Assembly: GCF_006345805.1 (NCBI RefSeq)
Contig: NC_042998.1
Span: 8,060,001-8,124,000, forward strand
Length of the DNA: 64,000 nt
Reading direction: 5' to 3'
Source: Octopus sinensis
Taxonomy: Eukaryota
The notes under the pieces were generated by a model. The model saw only the letters and a program-made list of their open reading frames with translations, was not told the DNA's origin and ran no database searches. Each line of letters starts with the position of its first letter. The stretch's first letter is position 1. Position numbers and translations under genes: made by a program. Below, piece by piece: positions 53,274-64,000 of the stretch.

Positions 53274-53342
53274 TATATATATGTATATTATATATATATG
53301 TATATATATTATGTATATATATATATGTATATATATATATTG

Positions 53343-53395
<53 letters not shown>

Positions 53396-53559
53396 GTATT
53401 ATATATATGTATATTATATATGTATATATATATATATGTTATATATATATGTATATATATATATGTATATATATATATGTATATATATATATGTATATAT
53501 ATGTATATGTATATATATGTATATATATATGTATATATATGTATATGTATATATATGTA

Positions 53560-53615
<56 letters not shown>

Positions 53616-53654
53616 GTATATATATATATGATATATATATATATATGTATATAT

Positions 53655-53697
<43 letters not shown>
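52460..53697. repeat. ~1.2-kb degenerate (TA)n/(TATG) microsatellite
   Basis: Directly visible. Confidence 0.95.
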
Positions 53698-53701
<4 letters not shown>

Positions 53702-54098
53702 AGGAGTGGCTCTGAAGTAAGTAACTTGCTTACCAACCACATGGTTCCGAGTTCAGTCCCACTGTGTGGCACCTTGGACAAGTGCCTTCTACTATAGCCT
53801 CAAGCCGACCAAAGCCTTGTGAGTGGATTTGGTTGACGGAAATTGAAAGAAGCCCGTCGTATATATGTATGTATATATATGCATGTGTGTGTGTGTTTGT
53901 GTGTCTGTGTTTGACGCCCCCCCCCCAACATCGCTTGACAACCGATGCTGGTGCTTTTTACGTCCCCGTATCTTAGCGGTTCGGCAAAAGAGACCGATTG
54001 AATAAGTACTAGGCTTACAAAGAATAAGTCCTGGGATCGATTTCCTCGAGCAAAGGCGGTGCCCCGGCATGGCCGCAGTCAAATAAAAGAAATAAAAG
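53697..54098 (+). mobile_element. SINE family 2
   Basis: GCGCAGGAGTGGCTCTGAAGTAAG head through an A-rich tail. Confidence 0.85.
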
Positions 54099-54132
54099 AT
54101 ATATAATATATACGTATATGTATATATGTTTA

Positions 54133-54178
<46 letters not shown>

Positions 54179-54181
54179 GGA

Positions 54182-54475
54182 TCACAACATATAGGTACAC
54201 TGCGACATAATTTGTTTTCCTCAACAAGCCCTGCCCTGTTTAACATTGTCCCAAAACTGATTAAAGAGGAAAAGGATCCCATCACCTTTAAACGGAGTCT
54301 GAACAGATTTTCTCAAGGGATTCCAGATAAGCCACCCATACCTGGATACAACTCACTGAACTCACTCCTTGAATGAACCATAAACAAAACTTGATTTAAA
54401 AAGGATTTAGGTTATCCTATCGGGTTGTGCTATTAAGTTAGTCATGGCCTGGATCAACCTTTAGTGGAAACATAT
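54182..54475 (+). pseudogene. 3' end of CR1-like LINE ORF2 plus 3' UTR
   Basis: 54182-54376 translates LFSSTSPALFNIVPKLIKEEKDPITFKRSLNRFSQGIPDKPPIPGYNSLNSLLE*, the CR1-type LFN.LP...FK..LD..IPD.P..PGY pattern. Confidence 0.75.
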
Positions 54476-54495
54476 TTAAATTTGATATATGTATA

Positions 54496-54553
<58 letters not shown>

Positions 54554-54558
54554 TATAT

Positions 54559-55313
54559 ACATATATACAGTGTACATTTAAACACGTAAGAGGTAGCCAT
54601 CATAGGACTACCTACACGCTAGAGAGGACAGTTAAATTCCGAACGACTATTAGAGATAAAAATCGAAGGGATGGAAAAATAAAAACATTTACCATCTAAC
54701 TCCTGTTTTTATTTTTTTCATTACCTCCGATTTTTATCTCTAATAGTGGTTCGGAATTTAACTGTCCTCTCTAGCATGTAGGTAGTCCTATGATGGCTAC
54801 CTCTTATGTGTTTAAATGTACACTGTATATATATGAATAATATATAGTCTATTGACTAAATTTTTACACGCTAGGCCACTGGTAATGGAAATTTCTAATA
54901 TTTCCGATTACCCTTTGATAATATTAAATATTAATTATTGATAAATTTTTGGATAATTTTCGAAACGAAAACGCCGACATATTAATTTGTTGCCGACAGG
55001 AAGCTGCGCTTGCGCGGTAGATTTGAAAAATTAGAATGTATAAGCACGGGGCATATACTGGATTACCTCGTGTATATATATTTAATCTAAGGTGTACCTG
55101 CTGAAGAAGGCTTCGCCTAGCAAATTATTTTATTTGCTAAAAAAAAAGTCTGAAACTATTGGTCCAGGAGTTAGTAAATGTTTATATTTTTCATTCCCTT
55201 CGATTTTTATCTCTAATAGTGGTTCGGAAATGTTACTATCCTCCCTAGCGTGTAGGTATGATGACTACCTCTTATTTATTTAAATGCACACTGAATAATA
55301 TAAGGTCTATTGA
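54559..55313. mobile_element. Head-to-head HHR-containing pLTR/retrozyme insertion (family D, ~473-nt period)
   Basis: 54559-54705 is inverted relative to about 54706-54835; about 54706-54855 is directly repeated at about 55180-55313; HHR at 55097-55168. Confidence 0.8.
55097..55168 (+). ncRNA. Type I hammerhead ribozyme (family D)
   Basis: CCTG-CTGAAGA(55101)-AGGCTT...AAGTCT-GAAAC-TATTG-GTC/CAGG; cleavage after 55164. Confidence 0.8.
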
Positions 55314-55330
55314 CAAAACGCTTTTTGCCT

Positions 55331-55392
55331 TAATAGCTGATGAGATACCGGAGCAGACTTCATTCCCGGTATCGAAACTCTGAGTTTTATTA
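55331..55392 (+). ncRNA. Type I hammerhead ribozyme (family E)
   Basis: TAATAG-CTGATGA(55337)-GATACCGG-loop-CCGGTATC-GAAA-CTCTGAG-TT/TTATTA; perfect 8-bp stem II. Confidence 0.85.
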
Positions 55393-55542
55393 TGACAACC
55401 AACTAATTGTCACATCCATTTATTCTTTTACTTGTTCCAGTTACTTGACTGTCACCATGCTGGAGCACCGCCTTAAAGGGTTCTAATCGAAGAAATCGAT
55501 CTCAGTACTTATTCTTTGTAAGCATACACACACACACACATG

Positions 55543-56387
55543 TTCTGGGTGAAAATTGGTCACACAATCAACGAAGAGTATATTGTCCACGAAAATGTCC
55601 TGGACACCTTCAATTTGGAGGACCCCCATAGAGCGTCCACGAAGTGCTGAAGTGCTACAACAAGTGCGTTGAAGTTATAGGACCTTATTTTGAAGGAGAT
55701 TAGAGTTTTGTATTTCTTTGAAATTAATAAATGTCTCTCCGGAAAAAGTCTCAAGTCCTCTGGAATGCGCTTGTATATAAAAGTATATTATACACACACA
55801 TGTGAGACATTTATTAATTTCAAAGAAATACAAAACTCTAATCTCCTTCAAAATAAGGTCCTATGACTTCAATGCACTTGTTGTAGCACTTCAGCACTTC
55901 ATGAACACCCCATGGAGGTCCTCCAAATTGAAGGTGTCCAGGACATCTTCGTGGACAATATACTCTTCGTTATCTGTGTGACCAATTTTCATCCAGAAAA
56001 TTGTGAACGTTCTCAATCAGCTCTAATGAACATCTTGTAGCAGTGAAAAACAAATGCTCGGCTCATACAAGTTCATCTATAAGCTATCTGGAGCATTTCC
56101 TGAATTTTTGTAGAGTCTTTACCCTGTTTAACACAAAACTTTATTGCGTAGCGTACTTCCTAATTATTTTCATGTTCCGATTGCATTCTTCAAAGTAGTT
56201 AGCTGCGTCAAACTGTGTTTATCAGGGTGTTCTCAAAGTGCTGTTACAGCCGTATGGAATAAAACAAACAGTTGGCAGGTCAGATTATTAGATGTACTGT
56301 AATGATATACTAAATCTACAATAATCTAGGTCAGCTATGACTGCCTCTCATAAACAAGTCTGAAACCTTCTGAAATGCACTTCGTAG
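55543..56387. mobile_element. Two mariner-derived remnants, tail-to-tail
   Basis: 55543-55737 is inverted with 55804-55998 and encodes LKCYNKCVEVIGPYFEGD* (mariner C-terminus). TIR-like ends with TA at about 55775 and 56387. Confidence 0.7.
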
Positions 56388-57992
56388 TTTTACATCTAAT
56401 TTTCTTAATAACCTCTTCTTAAAGAAAATACAAAGAACCAAATTTTGACAACACCCTGTTTGAAAAAACAGGGTTCCCTAGAGGTATATTTATTTGTACC
56501 TTTCTTATCTGGTTGGTAATTATAAATATTGGGAGAGTATTGAAATATAATGATTCATTAAATAAATATTTAGACCAGCTCATCAACATTTCACCCAAAA
56601 TATTAACATAAATGCAATTCATGTGCTTTTGAATTTATACTTATACGGAGGCAAGCATACACGTAAATGCAAGATCTATATGTGAGTGTGTGTATGTACG
56701 TATCTGTTTGTGTGTGCGTGCTTGTTCGCGTGTTTCCTCATATGGGTGTGTTAATTTGTAACGTAGGCACTAGATCATAAATAATTCCGAGGATTTGTTA
56801 GTTTGAGTCAGTCAACCAGCTCTTTACTGGTACATAGTTTATTTTCCGAGGATTGAAGTTTCGTTGCAGTTCTAGTTATTTAGTTTACAAGTTAAATCTT
56901 TTGAAACATCAAACTGCTGATGTGACAGTTTTATTTATTTTTTTTTTTTCATTTTTCAGCACAAATCCCACTTTACCAGTTGGTTACTAATTTTATATTG
57001 TTAAAACATAACTCCCTCAAAATGTCTGTATGATCAACGGAACCTGTTACTAACCCCGCCCGGAAACTAAAGAAAGAAATTAGTAAAAGCAGAAGGAAGT
57101 TGCTGTCATCAGCCTTGATATAAATGTTTAAATCTCTAAGGAATCATAGAAGAATATAAGATATATGGGTGTACTAACTCTGTGTTCTAGAGTTCATGTG
57201 GGACATTAGAAGACCCCCGTAGGAATGTTTTATTTGAAAAGAAGTTTCCGGTTTCTTTGTCAGTGATCAGATATCATCTCGGTTCAAAATAAGAACAAAG
57301 ACACCCTATAAAGATATTTCTGGGTTTACAATAGAACGACGGAATGATGTTATTTCTGTAACATTAACAGACAATGAAATTGCGACATATGAAAGTTTCA
57401 TAAGGTTTAGTTTCATTGTGGAATTGGCGTATCTTCATAAAAACAACAGCAGAACCGCAATGAAACTCGATAAAAACGGGAAAGGATTACGAGAAAAGCT
57501 TATCAGTAAAAGTGAAATAAAGCGTAGGATAGAAAAAGAAGGCAGAAGTGAAGGCATAAATGACAAAGAAGGATACAATTTTGTGTGTGTGTGTGTGATA
57601 GGTTGATATATGTGGAGTAGCGCTCGAGTACCATGATACATGATACAGAAAGGGACTTGCTGAAACAGAATGATTTTAATATGTTATGATAGTACGATTT
57701 TGTTATGGTTTATTGAATAACCGAGTAGGAGAAGCTCTTATATAACGTGAAATAAAAACAGACTTCAGTGTACACTTGATTCCAATGCAAACATTATTGA
57801 AAGGATAAATAGATGAACCTATTGACGAGCCATTGATGACTTATTCTGTCAAACGAATTAATTGGGTATAGATGGTTGCTGTTTGTGGGCACTGTCATGG
57901 GATTCATCGTTCAAGTCTTACCTTAAAGCTATAAGCATATATAAAAAAAAAGATAGATATAGACAGCCAGACAACTATGCTGATAGATAGAT

Positions 57993-58023
<31 letters not shown>

Positions 58024-58243
58024 GTTTCTTCTTTACTACCCACAATGGGCGAAACACAGAGAGGACAAACAAACGGATTAAGTCGATTATATCGACCCCA
58101 GTGCGTAACTGGTACTTATTTAATCGACCCCGAAAGGATGAAAGGCAAAGTAGACCTCGGCGGAATTTGAACTCAGAACGTAGCGGCAGACGAAATACTG
58201 CTAAGCATTTCGCCCGGCGTGCTAACGTTTCTGCCAGCTCACC
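58024..58243 (-). mobile_element. SINE family 1 inserted in (GATA)n
   Basis: Reverse complement of family 1. Confidence 0.85.
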
Positions 58244-58246
58244 GAC

Positions 58247-58289
<43 letters not shown>

Positions 58290-58788
58290 AACCAAAGCGT
58301 CAGTCAGCCTCTGTACCTTGTTATTCATATTGATTTTAGCCCTAGGTCAGTCATGATCAAGTACACCAAAATTCAAAAGTATTCTAGTCGCGAACCCACC
58401 GCCTTTTAGTTGTGTGTTTAGAAGTGTATTATTTAACGTAATCTTCCATTCTTTAAGACGATATAAGTGTGATGTCAAGAAAATTTGGCTGTTATTTCTT
58501 GCCGTATGAGAAATCTCGTAAGGACAATTCCTTGGCTTGTTCTCCTACGTATGACTAGCTGACGTTGTAGGTATAAGAGAACGTAGGCAGGTAGCTAACT
58601 AGCTGACGAGTAATCTGGCAAGGTAGGCAGTAAGTTATATATGTAGAAACAGTTAAAGATGAGTATTACTTAAGATTCAGTTACAGCACTCGATTAATCT
58701 GTTTCCTAAAAACATTAATTGGAACGATACATATCTTCAAATGATAATATATTTACGCACGCACTCACACATGCACACTTATATGATA

Positions 58789-58825
<37 letters not shown>

Positions 58826-58856
58826 ATATATATATATACGCTAATATATCTAAATC

Positions 58857-59593
58857 GGATCTTTTCCTTTTGAACGGCTGTTTTCAACACAATTTCTAGT
58901 TAACTAAACGCTTTTAAACTTCGTTTTTTCTCTTGGCTTTCTTGAGAAAATTGTAATTTGTAAGTTTAACGTAGTTTTATTTTTCGAATTTTAACCAATC
59001 GATGGCCTGTATTTAGCTAAAATCATTCGCTGCGTCTAAAACTGAAACAACATCCTGTCACTGACCCTAACCCTAACCCTACACTAACCCTAACCCTAAC
59101 ACTAACCCTAAATTTTAGCCCTTCGTTTTTTTTCTTAATTGTTAAATTAATTTAATTGTTACGCGTGTGTCTAAACTTATTCGTTTTGTTTTTGTTTTAA
59201 GATATGAGATACACATGTATTGTTTAAAATATTTTCCATTGCTTAAGAAAAAAAAAACGAAAGGCTAAAACGAAAGCAATGGAAAATAATTTAAACAATT
59301 AACAAACAAAATAATTCTATAATTTTATACACACGCTTTCCGTACGTAAACACAACAGTGACAGGATGTTGTCTCAGTTTTAGACGCAGCAAATGATTTT
59401 AGCTCAATAGAGGCGATACATTGGTTAAAATTCGAAAAATTAAACTACGTTAAACAAACAAATTACAATTTTCTCAAGAAAGCCAAGAGAAAAAAATGTT
59501 TTATTTTGACACATTCTACCAGTATACGAAGTTTAAAAGTGTTTAGTTAACTAGAAATTGTGTTGAAAACTGCCGTTCAAAAGGAAAAGATCC
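58857..59593. mobile_element. Merlin-like MITE, longer foldback subfamily with (CCCTAA)n
   Basis: TIRs GGATCTTTTCCTTTTGAACGGC/GCCGTTCAAAAGGAAAAGATCC; perfect 8-bp TSD TCTAAATC; inverted similarity extends about 200 bp. Confidence 0.85.
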
Positions 59594-62163
59594 TCTAAAT
59601 CTCTCAAAAGGAGACTACGGCAGTAGTACTGCATATTAATAGTTATCGCCAGTCTAACATGGCTGTCCAGGAAAATATGACGAATGCTGCCGTTGATTAG
59701 CTCCAAGAGGCTATCGCCTCTAGCTAGCTATGTGACACACGAACCTGCATCCATAAATAACCGTTGAACACTGGGGTCGATATAACCGATTTATTCTCTA
59801 CCCCACCCCGCAAAAAAAATAATAATTTCATACTGTGTACCTATAATTGAAAAGACTATCTATTTTATCAGTATTTATAAACAAGTGTTAGTAAAAAGAA
59901 ACCAATTGTAACAGTAATTCTATTATTCGTTTGCTTGTTTTAGTCATTGGACAGCAGCCATACTGTCGCAACGTTCTGATGGGTTCAGTCGATTTAAACT
60001 TATCTCATTGTTTGAGTCTAGCGCTTATTCTATCGGGCCCTTTTTGCCGAACCACTAATGCTACGAGGAAGCAAATCCATTCTCAAATAGTGCTAGAAGA
60101 ACATAAGCACACATGCACACATCCACAGAGGCTTATACACACATACATGCATATATACAGACACACATGTACATAGACATACACAATGGTAAGATTCATA
60201 CACGCGCACATACGCAAATATTTACAGACAACCTAATTAAAAATGATTATTCATGCGGTAGATTTTTGTGAAATAATTTCCTTAAAATTTTTTGAATATC
60301 TTCTAAATTTAGTAAAACGCAAGGTAACATACGTCATTGTAAATTATGCATTATCACACGGAGCAACTTTTTTTTTCGTCTTTACATTCTGTGTTCAAAT
60401 TCCACCGTGGTCGACTTTGCTAATTAATGATGTAATTAACTTATCCCCACCACCAAAAAGTTTTAGGCCTTACGCTAATATCAGAAAAGATTATATCATA
60501 CGGCAAATTGGTAGACTCTTAGATCACCGGAAGGATGCTTCTGAGGTCACTTACCACTGGGCCCGACATTTTCATCTTTTTGAGGTCGATAAAAAAGTAA
60601 CAATCCTAGGCGGTATCTATAAAAATATCGGCGCAGATGTCTTGCAGTATTCGTTTCCGCTCTTTGCGATCTGAGCTCAAGTACCGTTGTAACCACCATG
60701 TCCCGTTTAACATCACTGCCTGTCATCTTGGGTGCCTTAAGCGGAGTTCTCTCTGTTGCAAACATTTGATCCAGATCTCCAATCTTTGGATATTTTTATC
60801 CCTCTCTTCAGTCTTTAAGGTACTATAACTTGTCATAAGTCCTACGTTCCTCTTGACTAAAAAAGATTACAACACACCGCCCATTGACATAACATTCCTT
60901 TTCATATGATGTTTCACAAACAAAATTCTACAACTGTATATTTATGAAATGTTTCTTAAATACATGTGTGTGTAATTATGTGTTTATTTCAAGATTTGCT
61001 TTTATTTACACTTGTGATCCTATTTCTTTGAGTGCTCAACTGAAACACCGAATGGCTATATTAATGCATATATGAGTGATGTAGAAAAGGAGTAAGGATC
61101 ATACAACACGTGTTATAATAATTTGGAACAACTGTCTTTCCTTCAGCAATTTTCCCAGAGCTAGTCAAGCATCACGAAACGGCGGAAGTCAGTAATAATA
61201 CTTAAAAGTTTTGGAAATAAATCATACATTTTGATTTATACATATAAAGGTATTTAGAAATATTACTATCTCGCTGCGATATAGTTTGTCAACCGAGATG
61301 GGACAAAAACGTTACTTTGATTACTACAATATTGGTTTCAAACTATGGCACAAGCCCAGCAATTTCGGATATGGGGGTGTAAGCTAATTACATTGACTTA
61401 TTTTGTCGACCTCAAAAGGATTAAAGGCAAAGTCGATCTTGGCGAAATTTGAGCTCAGAACATGGAGACGGATGAGATGTCGTTAAACATTTTGCTCGGC
61501 GTGCTAACAGTTCTACCAGTCCGCAACCATCATCTGCAGCAATATTACATGTATGATTAGCGTAGTTATGTACTTAGTCTTCTGTTGAAGAGGTGTACAA
61601 AAGGTTCTGACATCTACAATGATTAGTTATAGACTAAATTGTTCGTAAAAATTGCCGACGTAGCAATATAAGTTGGTACGAAGATTTTATTGCCAATTAA
61701 TCATACTTTCAAGCTATTTGCTGCAAATAAAAGAAATTATTTTGAAGCGCCGAATATAAAATTGTTAACGTATAAAACCCACCCGGACACAATGTGAGCA
61801 GCAGAGCGTATATTTAACAACTACCAGGTGTATTCTGTATGTAAAATGATAAATACACACTACATATTTTTTCTCTATCAGTTACCGGATAACATTACAA
61901 TACCTTTTTTTCTATTCCGCTATAAATACAAACGCTATTAGTGCTTGTATAACGTTAATATTGCTGAAGTGAGTTGAATAAATATTCCTTTTTGCTTCAT
62001 GCACATTATTATTTATTTATAAGCATCAAAGTGTCAAATTCTAGTCCCACATGATACATAATATGTTAACCATCCATATCAATATAGTCATTTCACAGAA
62101 TTGAGAGAGGCTCATATTAAGGGCTATGAGAATAGCAACAGGACATCTTATTTTTTAAAATTT

Positions 62164-62574
62164 GGATCTTTTCGGTTTGAACGGCAGTTTTTAAAAATAT
62201 TTTCCACGTAACTAAACACTTTTAAACTTCGTATACTGATAGAATGTGTTTATAAAACATCTTTTTCTCTGGACTTTATTGAGAAAATTCTATAGTTTGT
62301 AAGATATTTATTGTTTTTTTCTTCAATTTCTGCAATTTCAACCAATCAATGACTGTCTATTGAGGTGAAAACATTCTGTGCCGTATGAATATGTCCCTCG
62401 TTTAAGAAACAGATTGGGTTTATTTACATTTCTGAAGAAAAAAAGATACCCACCCCCCCACCCCTAACCCTGAAACAGATTGAAATGCAATAGATCGATA
62501 CTAGGGTCATAATTATGGGTGACAATTCCATATGACACCGCTAGAAAAAAATGCCGTTCAAACCGAAAAGATCC
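62164..62574 (-). mobile_element. Merlin-like MITE
   Basis: Same TIRs; perfect 8-bp TSD TAAAATTT. Confidence 0.9.
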
Positions 62575-63072
62575 TAAAATTTTATTGCAATAAATAAAAT
62601 TTAACTACAACACAATAAGCTAGGAATGTTTGTTATAGTAGTGTGTTTATACTTTATCATGGTACTAGACAAGCACGCAGTCGAAATGCTGATTGACGTT
62701 TGTGAATATTTTAACCTTAAATTTATTGATATAATATTTATATACAAGCCCACGCAAGAAATATTTCATACATTCTTTTCCTTAATAAAATATGGTCACG
62801 GTCTGATTCTGGCCTGACGTTCAAAGTTACAATGAATTAGAAAGTTACATGCGTGAAGTAACTCACGTAAAGATAAAAATAACAGTCGAGACAGATTTGT
62901 ATACAGTCATTATTTTTACGCGTGCACAATTACGCTTATTGTATATATATATTTTATAGCATTACATAAAGCTTTGGTAACTTGTGTTATTTTCAAACTT
63001 CTACGTCGTCCTAATCGTAAACCACTATATCATCCTGCTTAAAATATCATTCCGGAAATGATATAAAGAAAA

Positions 63073-63504
63073 GGATCTTTTTCGGTTTGAACAGCAGTTT
63101 TTTCTAGCGGTGCCATATGAATTTGTCACCCATAATTATGACCCTAGTATCGATCTATTGCATTTCAATCTACTTTAGGGTTAGGGTTAGTTAGGGTTAG
63201 GCTAAGGGGTGGGGGAAGGGTATCTTTTTTTCTTCCCAAATGTAAATAAACCCAATCTGTTTCTTAAACGAGGCACATATTCATACGGCACAGAATGTTT
63301 TCACCTAAATAGACGTCTTTGATTGGTTGAAATTGCAGAAATTGAAGAAAAAAACAACAAATATCTTACAAACTATAGAATTTTCTCAATAAAGCCAAGA
63401 GAAAAAGATGTTTTATAAACACATTCTACCAGTATACGAAGTTTAAAAGTGTTTAATTACGTGGAAATTATTTTAAAAAACTGCCGTTCAAACCGAAAAG
63501 ATCC
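63073..63504 (+). mobile_element. Merlin-like MITE with TTAGGG repeats
   Basis: Same TIRs; perfect 8-bp TSD AAAGAAAA. Confidence 0.9.
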
Positions 63505-63552
63505 AAAGAAAATTTTAAGGAAATCATATCGGCTATATTTCAAGTTGATTTA

Positions 63553-63778
63553 CTTATTTCTTTATTGCCCACAAGGGGCTAAACATAGAGGGGACAAACA
63601 AGGACAGACAAACGGATTAAGTCGATAATATCGACCCCAATGGTACTTATTTAATCCACCCCGAAAGGATGAAAGGAAAAGTCGACCTCGGTGGAATTTG
63701 AACTCAGAACCTAACGGTGGACGAAATACGGCTATGCATTTCGCCCGGCGTGCTAACGTTTCTGCCAGCTCGCTGCCT
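63553..63778 (-). mobile_element. SINE family 1
   Basis: Reverse complement of family 1. Confidence 0.85.
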
Positions 63779-64000
63779 TACAAGTTGATTTACTATTCAG
63801 GTGTCTTGCTGTCCGTCTGTCTGTCTATCTACGTGTTTGTGTGTCTTGACAGACTTATAGCTGGGGGTAAGCAGAAACTGCCAGGTCACTGTCAACCTTC
63901 GCCTTATGAAAATTAATAAGTATGTAACCCACTAAAATGTGTTGATTAACCTTTCAGTTTAATAATAAATAGGGTTTATGAATAACCTAACATAAAAACA

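Noticed and set aside
59064-59112. Telomere or chromosome fusion site
   Set aside because: The short CCCTAA run is internal to a MITE with TIRs and a TSD.
60547-60830. Minus-strand ORF ending at a GTAAGT donor-like site
   Set aside because: Overlaps a SINE core fragment; other frames have stops; no homology recognised.

Overview
AT-rich, microsatellite-dense eukaryotic DNA with no confidently identifiable host gene. The repeat content (tRNA-derived SINEs, (TA)n/(TACA)n/(TG)n tracts, TTAGGG-bearing MITEs) suggests a cephalopod (Octopus-like) genome; this is inferred, not verified. Most long ORFs in the track are microsatellite artefacts. Real coding relics are all mobile-element fragments: three Penelope-like element (PLE) pieces (an RT core and two GIY-YIG ends), 3' ends of RTE, CR1 and R4/Dong-like LINEs, two zinc-knuckle ORF1 copies and mariner ends. 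The main signal is about 11 hammerhead ribozyme (HHR) motifs from about 8 unrelated families, mostly in non-coding PLE pseudo-LTR or retrozyme-like units inserted head-to-head in (TA)n. One insertion has two arms that are different circular permutations of a ~490-nt HHR monomer. Two unrelated insertions have an inversion junction exactly at the predicted cleavage site. Several HHRs have non-canonical cores (G3-C8, possible U3-A8, CUGAUGC) or very long stem II inserts. All structures were folded by eye, and repeat boundaries are approximate.
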